Below are positions 10,152 through 18,444 of a stretch of DNA of 64,000 nucleotides, piece by piece (positions within the stretch are counted from its first letter, which is position 1; each line of letters opens with the position of its first letter). The translations under genes and the position numbers were made by a program. This stretch comes from Chloropicon primus. Lineage: Eukaryota. The stretch is taken from the NCBI GenBank assembly GCA_023205875.1, contig CP060762.1, positions 558,001 to 622,000 of the forward strand, given 5' to 3'. The notes below the pieces were generated by a model. It was not told the origin of the DNA and did not search any database. It was given only the letters and a program-made list of their open reading frames with translations.

Positions 10152-10607
10152 ATGTCGATTGTGTTGCACTCCGAACGACGGCGCGCCTTGTCGTCGTTTC
10201 ATTCGAACGCTGCGGAGTCGCCTTCCGTGTGTAGCGGTCGGAGCGACTATACTTTGACGGTTGAGCCGTGTCCTCACGGGACTTTTGTTGCGTTGGTGAC
10301 GTCCGTGTCCCTGCTCGCACACATCCTCGGCGCTTCTCTCTGCTGGTGGCACCCTGCCGTTTCCCACGTGGCGTTTGGCGTGAGCGTTTTCCTCCACCTC
10401 GTCCTGAACGCGTACAATTTTTCTCTGCGGACTCAAGATGCGCGGTTTTCGTTTCTTCTGTCCTCTTGCTTACTTTTGAGTATGGTTTCATTCATGATTT
10501 GCGCGTTGACTTCTACAGGCGCGACTGTTTCCATCGTGTTTCATATACTTTTGATCATGCTGAACATGGTTCTTTTGATACATAATCCTAATGAGTACGT
10601 CCAATAG
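10152..10607 (+). CDS. Hypothetical membrane protein with ~4 TM segments
   Basis: 151-aa ATG-initiated ORF with four hydrophobic stretches. Confidence 0.45.
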   Translation: MSIVLHSERRRALSSFHSNAAESPSVCSGRSDYTLTVEPCPHGTFVALVTSVSLLAHILGASLCWWHPAVSHVAFGVSVFLHLVLNAYNFSLRTQDARFSFLLSSCLLLSMVSFMICALTSTGATVSIVFHILLIMLNMVLLIHNPNEYVQ

Positions 10608-10786
10608 AGTGGAGACAGCCGCAGGGTCCTGAAGACGGATACGACGTCACCGTCCTTGGCAGCACTTGCATCTTCTTCCTCTGTCACGGCCAAGGTCGAA
10701 AATTTCGTACTACGACGACCGCGGTTTCGCGCTCCTTCACCACCGCTCCATTCGACGGACATTGCTAATGGCCTGTTTCGGATGCT

Positions 10787-11005
10787 TTATATACGTTCTC
10801 TCAATTGCTTTTGGGCCGATTCCATGCACAACGCGAACGTGACTTTGTTGTGTTTATACTTGGTTCTCGACAGTATAAAATCGAGGTAAGGGTGTTCATC
10901 CATGATGAAGCGTCCCAAGGGGTCATCGGGGACATGATACACAAGCCAATCGACGAGGTCTTCGTCCCGCACGATCTTCACGATTTCATCAAAAGGAGTC
11001 GACAT
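10787..11005 (-). CDS. Small hypothetical protein (72 aa)
   Basis: ATG-initiated ORF with protein-like composition inside the island; no recognised family. Confidence 0.35.
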   Translation of the reverse strand: MSTPFDEIVKIVRDEDLVDWLVYHVPDDPLGRFIMDEHPYLDFILSRTKYKHNKVTFALCMESAQKQLRERI

Positions 11006-11507
11006 CGCTCAATTGAATGGATCAGAAAGAGAAACGAAACAAACGATACAATTCATCTTACAGAAACAAACGGGGGGCCCATCCGGTCAGTCACGCGCCC
11101 GTTGTCGCCGAGTCGCCTCGATTGTACGGATGCGCCATGAGGTGAGCGCGCTTAGCACTGACGATGCAACCACGCAGAGCGCAAGTACCCGCGTTTCGAT
11201 GGATAAACCTTCAAGGTGCTCGAAAACGAAGTCGTAAGGCGAGTGGTCGACTGCTGATATTCCTTCAATGACTTGAGGGGGCTGAATGATGTTGTGTCCT
11301 TCATTCTCCGCCGAAAAGAATGGTGTTTCTTCGAGGACTTTCATTGTTGCATTGATGTAGTACAGTGTGCACGTCAAATGATAATGTGGGTGAAAACAAA
11401 CACGGAGGTAAAAACTGTCCCGGTTTTAAAAAAATCGTCATTTTTTTGTTTTCTGCAGCGCACCGCCGCTTCGCAATGGCCGCATCACCGCGTTCGAGGT
11501 GCGCGTC

Positions 11508-14500
11508 ATGGCGTCGGACGCGCCGCCGAGCAAACGCCGCCGTGTCGACGACTACGACGTGCCGTCTCCGATCGGCGCGTCCAAGGCCGAGACACGTCAC
11601 GTCGCGCATGTGGCGCAGCTGTTGTTTGAGAACGGCTTGCTTGAGCAGGGCGTGACCGGGCGCTCGCTCGCGAAGCACCTGACGGAAGGCAAGACCCACC
11701 ACAACACCGATGCGTTCTTCAAGCTCACGAATGGCACGGAAGTGCTGTTCGAGTACGACCCGGGCTTCACGCACGGCGACTCCGACGTGGGACGCGACCA
11801 ACGCAAGACGACCAAGCTCCGCGAAATGTTCCCTGACGCGTTCGTGGTCCGCTTGCGCGTGGGCGCCGCACACTTCGAGCAGCTTTCGCAGTGGGGGGAC
11901 AACGTGCTCGTCGTCGTCACCGAGTCGCAATTACCGAACGTTGCCGCGTCAGCTGCTGTGACCGCCGTCGCGCAGCGCATCCATCAAGGCGGTGCTGCAG
12001 CGACCAAGGCGTGCCCGAGCAGCAACCATGACAACGCCGCCGCCAACGATGCCGCCGCGGACGTGTGGGCGCGCATGAGCAAGGAGTTTGAAGCCGCCGA
12101 GCAGCGCGTCGCGACGCTCGTGGGTGGTGATCTCGACCTGGCGCGAAAGCTCATGGCCACCCCCGGAGTGCCTTCGCGTGTCCTGACGGGAGCCTTCGAG
12201 AAAAGCATCAAAGGGTTGCAAGATCCCAAGTTCGGCATAACCAACTTGGGCACGTTTGTCTGCGGCGGCGTCGCTGCAAAGTTCGACGATCCGGAGAAAC
12301 TCTTTGACATCCTCACGGCGCTCAAGACGCGCTTCGGCATCAAGAGTCTCCAGACCTTTGTTTCAGACAGCGTTGCGGCGAGGTTTGACGATCCCGACGC
12401 GCTCTACGCCGTGCTCGACACTTTGAGGACGCGCTTCGGCATCAAGAGTCTCCAAACCTTTGTTTCAGACAGCGTTGCGGCGAGGTTTGACGATCCCGCA
12501 GCGCTCTACGCCGTGCTCGACACTTTGAGGACGCGCTTCGGCATCAAGAGTCTCCAAACCTTTGTTTCAGACAGCGTTGCGGCGAGGTTTGACGATCCCG
12601 CAGCGCTCTACGCCGTGCTCGACACTTTGAGGACGCGCTTCGGCATCAAGAGTCTCCAAACCTTTGTTTCAGACAGCGTTGCGGCGAGGTTTGACGATCC
12701 CGCAGCGCTCTACGCCGTGCTCGACACTTTGAGGACGCGCTTCGGCATCAAGAGTCTCCAAACCTTTGTTTCAGACAGCGTTGCGGCGAGGTTTGACGAT
12801 CCCGCAGCGCTCTACGCCGTGCTCGACACTTTGAGGACGCGCTTCGGCATCAAGAGTCTCCAAACCTTTGTTTCAGGAGGCGTTGCGGCGAAGTTTGACG
12901 ATCCCGACGCGCTCTACGCCGTGCTCGACACGCTGAGGACGCGCTTCGGTATCAAGAGTCTCCAGACCTTCGTTTGTGGTGGCGTTGCGGCGAAGTTTGA
13001 CGATCCCGACGCGCTCTACGCCGTGCTCGACACGCTGAGGACGCGCTTCGGCATCAAGAGTCTCCAGACCTTCGTTTGTGACAGCGTTGCGGCGAAGTTT
13101 GACGATCCCGACGCGCTCTACGCCGTGCTCAACACTTTGAGGACGCGCTTCGGCATCAAGAGTCTCCAGACCTTCGTTTGTGATGGCGTTGCGGCGAAGT
13201 TTGACGATCCCGACGCGCTCTACGCCGTGCTCGACACGCTGAGGACGCGCTTCGGTATCAAGAGTCTCCAGACCTTCGTTTGTGGTGGCGTTGCGGCGAG
13301 GTTTGACGATCCCGACGCGCTCTACGCCGTGCTCGACACGCTGAGGACGCGCTTCGGTATCAAGAGTCTCCAGACCTTCGTTTGTGGTGGCGTTGCGGCG
13401 AGGTCTGACGATCCCGACGCGCTCTACGCCGTGCTCGACACGCTGAGGACGCGCTTCGGTATCAAGAGTCTCCAGACCTTCGTTTGTGGTGGCGTTGCGG
13501 CGAAGTTTGACGATCCCGACGCGCTCTACGCCGTGCTCGACACGCTGAGGACGCGCTTCGGTATCAAGAGTCTCCAGACCTTCGTTTGTGATGGCGTTGC
13601 GGCGAAGTTTGACGATCCCGACGCGCTCTACGCCGTGCTCGACACTTTGAGGACGCGCTTCGGTATCAAGAGTCTCCAGACCTTCGTTTGTGGTGGCGTT
13701 GCGGCGAGGTTTGACGATCCCGAGGCACTCTACGCCGTGCTCGACACTTTGAGGACACGCTTCGGCATCAAGAGTCTCCAGACCTTTGTTTCAGACAGCG
13801 TTGCGGCGAGGTTTGACGATCCCGCAGCGCTCTACGCCGTGCTCGATACTTTGAGGACGCGCTTCGGCATCAAGAGTCTCCAGACCTTTGTTTCAGACAG
13901 CGTTGCGGCGAGGTTTGACGATCCCGCAGCGCTCTACGCCGTGCTGGACACTTTGAGGACGCGCTTTGGCATCAAGAGTCTCCAAACCTTTGTTTCAGGA
14001 GGCGTTGCGGCGAGGTTTGACGATCCCGCAGCGCTCTACGCCGTGCTGGACACTTTGAGGACGCGCTTCGGTATCACCTTTGTGAATAACAGCGTTGCGG
14101 CGAAGTTCGACGATCCCGACGCGCTCTACGCCGTGCTCGACACGCTGAGGACGCGCTTCGGTATCAAGAATCTCCAGACCTTTGTTTGCAATAGCGTTGC
14201 GGCGAAGTTCGACGATCCCGAGGCACTTTACGCCGTGCTTGAAGAGCTCGAGCAGATGGTCGGCAAAGGCGGCGTGCTGATAGCGGGTTCGAACGCCTTC
14301 GCGTCGCGCATGTTGAAGCCTGGGTTTGTGGACGCGGTAGTCGCATGCGGGGACGCTCTGTCGGTCCTGGGATTGGATCCCGTCAAAGAGTTGCGGACCG
14401 TGTTAAACAAGGAGAACGCGAAGTTGATGAACATGATCGGCACGCTCGCCGCCAAGCTGAAGGCGTGCAGCGACGAGGGCGCAGCGCACCAGCTGCTTGT

Positions 14501-14558
14501 TTCGCTGCGGAACAAGAAAAGGAAACACGAGGCCATGATTGCCATGATTGATGCATGA
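11508..14558 (+). CDS. Vsr/DUF559-like endonuclease fused to a 20 x 34-aa TALE-like repeat array
   Basis: NLS PPSKRRR; S-x-x-E...D...EYDPGFTH...RDQRKT..L...VVRLR nuclease-type motif; 102-bp tandem repeats; C-terminal RNKKRKH. Confidence 0.8.
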   Translation: MASDAPPSKRRRVDDYDVPSPIGASKAETRHVAHVAQLLFENGLLEQGVTGRSLAKHLTEGKTHHNTDAFFKLTNGTEVLFEYDPGFTHGDSDVGRDQRKTTKLREMFPDAFVVRLRVGAAHFEQLSQWGDNVLVVVTESQLPNVAASAAVTAVAQRIHQGGAAATKACPSSNHDNAAANDAAADVWARMSKEFEAAEQRVATLVGGDLDLARKLMATPGVPSRVLTGAFEKSIKGLQDPKFGITNLGTFVCGGVAAKFDDPEKLFDILTALKTRFGIKSLQTFVSDSVAARFDDPDALYAVLDTLRTRFGIKSLQTFVSDSVAARFDDPAALYAVLDTLRTRFGIKSLQTFVSDSVAARFDDPAALYAVLDTLRTRFGIKSLQTFVSDSVAARFDDPAALYAVLDTLRTRFGIKSLQTFVSDSVAARFDDPAALYAVLDTLRTRFGIKSLQTFVSGGVAAKFDDPDALYAVLDTLRTRFGIKSLQTFVCGGVAAKFDDPDALYAVLDTLRTRFGIKSLQTFVCDSVAAKFDDPDALYAVLNTLRTRFGIKSLQTFVCDGVAAKFDDPDALYAVLDTLRTRFGIKSLQTFVCGGVAARFDDPDALYAVLDTLRTRFGIKSLQTFVCGGVAARSDDPDALYAVLDTLRTRFGIKSLQTFVCGGVAAKFDDPDALYAVLDTLRTRFGIKSLQTFVCDGVAAKFDDPDALYAVLDTLRTRFGIKSLQTFVCGGVAARFDDPEALYAVLDTLRTRFGIKSLQTFVSDSVAARFDDPAALYAVLDTLRTRFGIKSLQTFVSDSVAARFDDPAALYAVLDTLRTRFGIKSLQTFVSGGVAARFDDPAALYAVLDTLRTRFGITFVNNSVAAKFDDPDALYAVLDTLRTRFGIKNLQTFVCNSVAAKFDDPEALYAVLEELEQMVGKGGVLIAGSNAFASRMLKPGFVDAVVACGDALSVLGLDPVKELRTVLNKENAKLMNMIGTLAAKLKACSDEGAAHQLLVSLRNKKRKHEAMIAMIDA
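12246..14273 (+). repeat. Coding tandem array of 20 x 102-bp units (one with a 12-bp deletion)
   Basis: Consensus LQTFV-xxx-VAA[R/K]FDDP[D/A/E]ALYAVLDTLRTRFGIKS. Variable triplets start at 12261, 12363, 12465 and so on up to 14187. Confidence 0.97.
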
Positions 14559-15433
14559 CACCCCCCTCTTCTGGTGTTTGGAAGCCCTGGAGGGGGCGTG
14601 TTATTCGTGAGTTGCTTGAGGAATGGGTCGCACTCGCTCTCTCACCCTCATTTGATGCCCGCTCACGCACATACATAGGCGGATGGGATTCGTCCTTACG
14701 CATTTTGGCAATGTTTGACATGCCCGACCATCTTGAGAAGATGGTCAAGGTTGGCGTCTCGTATGCGTTGGAAGCCGCCCACGAAAGCGTGGACCGTTGC
14801 AGCTACGACTGCCTTCGTGTGCTGTTGAAGTTCGGTAATATTGAGCTCGACTCCGGTCTCGATGGGGACGATGAGTGGACGCTTGTTCTGAGGGCTGTCA
14901 TCAACGATCACCCCAACTGTCTTCGAATTCTTCTTGAACATGGCGCTGATCCGAACGTCCAAATTGACGGTTTATCCCCTATTCACGAAGCTGCGGAGAG
15001 GGGCCACGTCGAGTGTCTTCGTTTGCTCGTCGCTTACGGTGCCGAAAAGGACTCTCTCTTGGAGAGTGGTGACATGACCCCTCTGCAATTCTGCGTCCGC
15101 GGCGGCCATATCGAATGCTTGCGTTTTCTGCTTGACGTCGGAGCGTCGCCGGACATTGCGAACGTGGACGGCACCACACCCATTATTTATGCGGCTGCGG
15201 AGAACCAAGTCGAGTGCTTGCGCATGCTTCTCGAGTCCGGTGCGGACAAGGACAGGGCAAACGGCGCAGGTTTGACGCCCGTGCAGCATGCTCGAGATCA
15301 TGGTCATGCCAGGTGCCTCAAGCTTTTGCTTGAGGCCGGAGCAACGCTGCCGGGGGCCCTAACGGGGGCCCTGACGGCCCCCGAACCCCCACGCTTGCAG
15401 CGGGGGTTGGAAGGGGGCTTGCCCCCTCCGTGA
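14555..15433 (+). CDS. Ankyrin-repeat protein (~5-6 repeats)
   Basis: SPIHEAAERGHVECLRLLVAYGA, TPLQFCVRGGHIECLRFLLDVGA, TPIIYAAAENQVECLRMLLESGA. True start may be a later Met. Confidence 0.85.
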   Translation: MTPPSSGVWKPWRGRVIRELLEEWVALALSPSFDARSRTYIGGWDSSLRILAMFDMPDHLEKMVKVGVSYALEAAHESVDRCSYDCLRVLLKFGNIELDSGLDGDDEWTLVLRAVINDHPNCLRILLEHGADPNVQIDGLSPIHEAAERGHVECLRLLVAYGAEKDSLLESGDMTPLQFCVRGGHIECLRFLLDVGASPDIANVDGTTPIIYAAAENQVECLRMLLESGADKDRANGAGLTPVQHARDHGHARCLKLLLEAGATLPGALTGALTAPEPPRLQRGLEGGLPPP

Positions 15434-15586
15434 GTGGAAAAGCTTCCCCGAGCCCCCACGCATTGAACTGCGCTACGAGTCAGTTTGTGTCGTGTGGCTC
15501 TTTCGTAAACCGTACAAACCCACGGGAGACTCGTTCAAAATGCGTCTAACCCTAATTAGCCCCCCGGCGCCGGCGCCGGCAGCACG

Positions 15587-16374
15587 TCCGTGACTTGGTT
15601 TACTCTCTCTACGCCGGCTTGTGCTCAGCGTTTTACGTCATTCCCCCGCCCGGGTCATCGGACAGCTTCACCTGCCTCTTTCAGGGCCGGGACATCGATG
15701 GGGGCCGGGGGGTCAGAGCAACGCTGAGCGGTGCGAGCGATGGCATGATTGAGTTGCTCCGGGAGGACTTTGGGTTGGAGCCTGTTGTGTGTGGCTTGGG
15801 GGAGAGGGGGAAGAGAATCGCAGACAAGCTGAAGATGGCCGGCGGGGATGGGCACAAGGTCCTTCTGTTCCTTGGGAGGGAGCAGGTTCACGGGCTCTTT
15901 GACTTTTTGATCACCACCTGTGGCAAAACGTATCACAAGCAGAGAGATGTGCCGACCCTGTTGGCCCCCGTGCCCTTTGAGGGCTCAAGCGTGAAGCGTT
16001 ACGCTGGGGTGTACAGGAAGAACACTCTTCTGAAACACAAGCACGAGAGGGGGCTTCAAACCTTCACCTTAACCTTTCAGGACGACGGAGGTCTCTTCCT
16101 GCCTCCCTGGGTGGTCGATCGGCTCTGCACAACCTTTCGCAAGACCCAAAGTTCCTTCTCGATGACCAGTGATTCGGGGGTCGACTTCAAAACAACGTCG
16201 TTGCAGTGTGGTGGTGGCGAGGACGGCAACAACAACGAGGACGTGAACGAGCGTGGAGAGGAAAGGTCGGAGTATGGAGGCGGGTTCTGGGATACGGAAG
16301 AGTGCGACAAGTGGCAGGAACGAGGAGGCAACATTGCGAACCTTCAGTGCGAGAAAGGTGTGTTTGTAATTTAG
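15587..16374 (+). pseudogene. DONSON: 5'-truncated DONSON-like coding sequence (C-terminal half)
   Basis: LVYSLYAGLCSAFYV..FTCLF, LLFLGREQVHGLFDFLI and DVPTLLAPVPFEG resemble conserved DONSON blocks. No N-terminal half or upstream start was found. Confidence 0.65.
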
Positions 16375-16391
16375 GCTTTCGTGTGTGCATT

Positions 16392-16769
16392 TCACAACGC
16401 GGTCTTCCAGGTCTTGCTGAACATGGCGAGGGTGCTTGGAAAGAGCTCGACCATGACTTCAGGGCTGCTCCCTCGCTGCAAGCACTCCTCGAGCAAGTAA
16501 AGCTCCTCGAGAAGGGTCCGGACAGCTTTGGCAGACTTCATCAGCTTTGGTTGGATCTCCCCCAATTCCCCCAGAAGGAACTGGTGCGTGCAAGCCGGGT
16601 CCCTGAATTCGTTTTGGAGGTTCACGAGCTCCTCCATCTCCCTCGCCAGCCCTTTGATCCTCTCCTCCACTGTCCTGGCCCCTGGACTGAGATTCGCGTT
16701 CCCGGCGCCCCGTTTCATCTTCCCTCTCCTGTACGCGGTGTACCTCGCGCTCATGGAATCCCCCTTCAT
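16392..16769 (-). CDS. Small coiled-coil hypothetical protein
   Basis: 125-aa ORF with host-like codon style and a helical heptad pattern. Confidence 0.5.
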   Translation of the reverse strand: MKGDSMSARYTAYRRGKMKRGAGNANLSPGARTVEERIKGLAREMEELVNLQNEFRDPACTHQFLLGELGEIQPKLMKSAKAVRTLLEELYLLEECLQRGSSPEVMVELFPSTLAMFSKTWKTAL

Positions 16770-17053
16770 GTAGACATCGCCGTTGGCCTCTGACCTGGCC
16801 TCTGGGGCTGACGTGGATGACGAGCATTACTATTAATACAAGGGAGGCTCGAGACACGACGAGGCAGACGACTCAAAGCCGGGACAGACAAGGCCAGCGG
16901 GGGAAAACAAACGAAAGAGAGCACACAGAGCGAAGCTACGTCTCGCGGGCTTTCGAGCGGTGGGTCGCTTGTGTTGTGCGTCGTCCTGTGGAGTGCGTAA
17001 GGTCACCGGCAAGTCCGAGGGTTTTTCTTCTTTGGGACACTCAGAGTGGGATC

Positions 17054-18334
17054 ATGAACATGTTGGCAGCTGCGAGGGGATGGCAGTGCACAGGCGCGTC
17101 CATCGCGTGCCGAGGGGCGAGAACCTTTGCCGTGTCGGCGACGCCAAAGGAGAGCGTGGTGCCGGAGGGCTCCGAGTCCGACGGCCAGCCCGGCACGTTT
17201 TACGCTCGCGACCTGGAGATCAAGGTGGACTCGCCTGAGAACATCAAGCCGCTTCCGGAGGACTTGACGGAGTTGAGCTTCGGCAAGGACTTCTCCCCTC
17301 ACGTCTTCAAGGTGTGCTGGAGCGCCGCCAAGGGCTGGGGCACGCCCAAGGTCAAGCCGTTCGAAAGCTTGAGCATTCACCCTGCCGCTCCGGTGATCCA
17401 CTACGGCGTGGGCTGCTTCGAGGGGATGAAGGCGTACGCGAGCGAGTCCGAGGAGGGGGACATCTTGCTCTTCCGACCGGACATGAACTTGAAGCGATTC
17501 AACTTCTCCATGTCCAGGTTGAGCTTGCCTGCCTTTGACGAGAAGGAGTTTCTGGGCTGCCTCAAGCGCATGCTCCAGGTGGACAAGGACCACGTCCCTA
17601 GAGCTCCCGGTTATTCTTTGTACCTCAGGCCGTTCGCGGCGGGAACGACGGCTACCCTGGGAGTGGCGCCGCCCGCGGACTGCGAGATCAACGTCATAGC
17701 CTGCCCGGTGGGACCCTACTATGCCGGAGGCTTGGTCCCTATTGACGTCCTTTTGGACGAGGACCACGTGAGGGCGTTTCCTGGGGGGACGGGCCAGTAC
17801 AAGGTGGGGGGAAACTACGCGCCAACTCTTCAGCACCTTCAACGGGCGTCCAAGGAGTTCGACTGCAAGCAGGTGCTGTACACCCTGCCTGGGCAGGAAG
17901 CGAGCACCCTGAACGAGAGGTACGTGGCGGAGTGCGGGGCGATGAACATGTTCTTCCTGCTCGAGAACGGGGCCTCGGGGGAAAGAGAGCTCGTGACGCC
18001 GCCACTCGACGGGACCATCCTCGCTGGTGTGACCAGGGACACCATCCTCCAGCTCTGCGGGGAGTGGGATGACTTCAAAGTTTCGGAGAGGATGATTTCA
18101 GTCCGGGAGATTGAGGAGCATGCCAGCGAGGGAAACCTGGTGGAGGTCTTCGGCTCCGGAACCGCCTGCATTATTCAGCCCATCAAGTGTCTTGTCAAGG
18201 ACAACGGGGCCAGGATCAACGTGAGAGAGAACACAGGGGAAGACAAGCTTTCGGACAAGATTTACAAGGCCATCACAGACATTCAGTATGGTCGTGTCAA
18301 GCACCGTTGGTCCGAGAGCATCTACGCCCCTTGA
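17054..18334 (+). CDS. BCAT: Branched-chain amino acid aminotransferase, organelle-targeted
   Basis: HYGVGCFEGMKAY, LFRPDMN, SLYLRP, YKVGGNY (PLP lysine), ECGAMN, ILAGVTRD, EVFGSGTA. Confidence 0.95.
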   Translation: MNMLAAARGWQCTGASIACRGARTFAVSATPKESVVPEGSESDGQPGTFYARDLEIKVDSPENIKPLPEDLTELSFGKDFSPHVFKVCWSAAKGWGTPKVKPFESLSIHPAAPVIHYGVGCFEGMKAYASESEEGDILLFRPDMNLKRFNFSMSRLSLPAFDEKEFLGCLKRMLQVDKDHVPRAPGYSLYLRPFAAGTTATLGVAPPADCEINVIACPVGPYYAGGLVPIDVLLDEDHVRAFPGGTGQYKVGGNYAPTLQHLQRASKEFDCKQVLYTLPGQEASTLNERYVAECGAMNMFFLLENGASGERELVTPPLDGTILAGVTRDTILQLCGEWDDFKVSERMISVREIEEHASEGNLVEVFGSGTACIIQPIKCLVKDNGARINVRENTGEDKLSDKIYKAITDIQYGRVKHRWSESIYAP

Positions 18335-18444
18335 GGCAGCGAGTCCTTCAGACATATCTACATCCGAAAGAATTTTGTCCACAAAAGTTATAAGGTTTTT
18401 TTGAGAAACGTTTAATTATTTACAATTCATATATACTTGCCCCT

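Larger units (their letters stand above)
9911..15586. mobile_element. Putative foreign insertion (virus-derived or unknown transposon) carrying a nuclease-repeat gene and an ankyrin gene; boundaries approximate
   Basis: Apparently intronless packed ORFs, visibly different composition and codon style, structured ends, and an abrupt junction into DONSON coding sequence at ~15587. No transposase or TSD identified. Confidence 0.55.

Noticed and set aside
12246..14273. Array as CRISPR or non-coding satellite
   Set aside because: There are no unique spacers. The unit is 102 bp, stays in frame throughout, and many differences are synonymous, so it is coding.
15546..15555. ctaaccctaa as an interstitial telomere
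   Set aside because: Fewer than two units; too short to call.
15430..15582. Possible GTGAGT...CTAAC...CAG intron fusing the ankyrin ORF to DONSON
   Set aside because: The splice phase gives a non-DONSON frame that soon stops.
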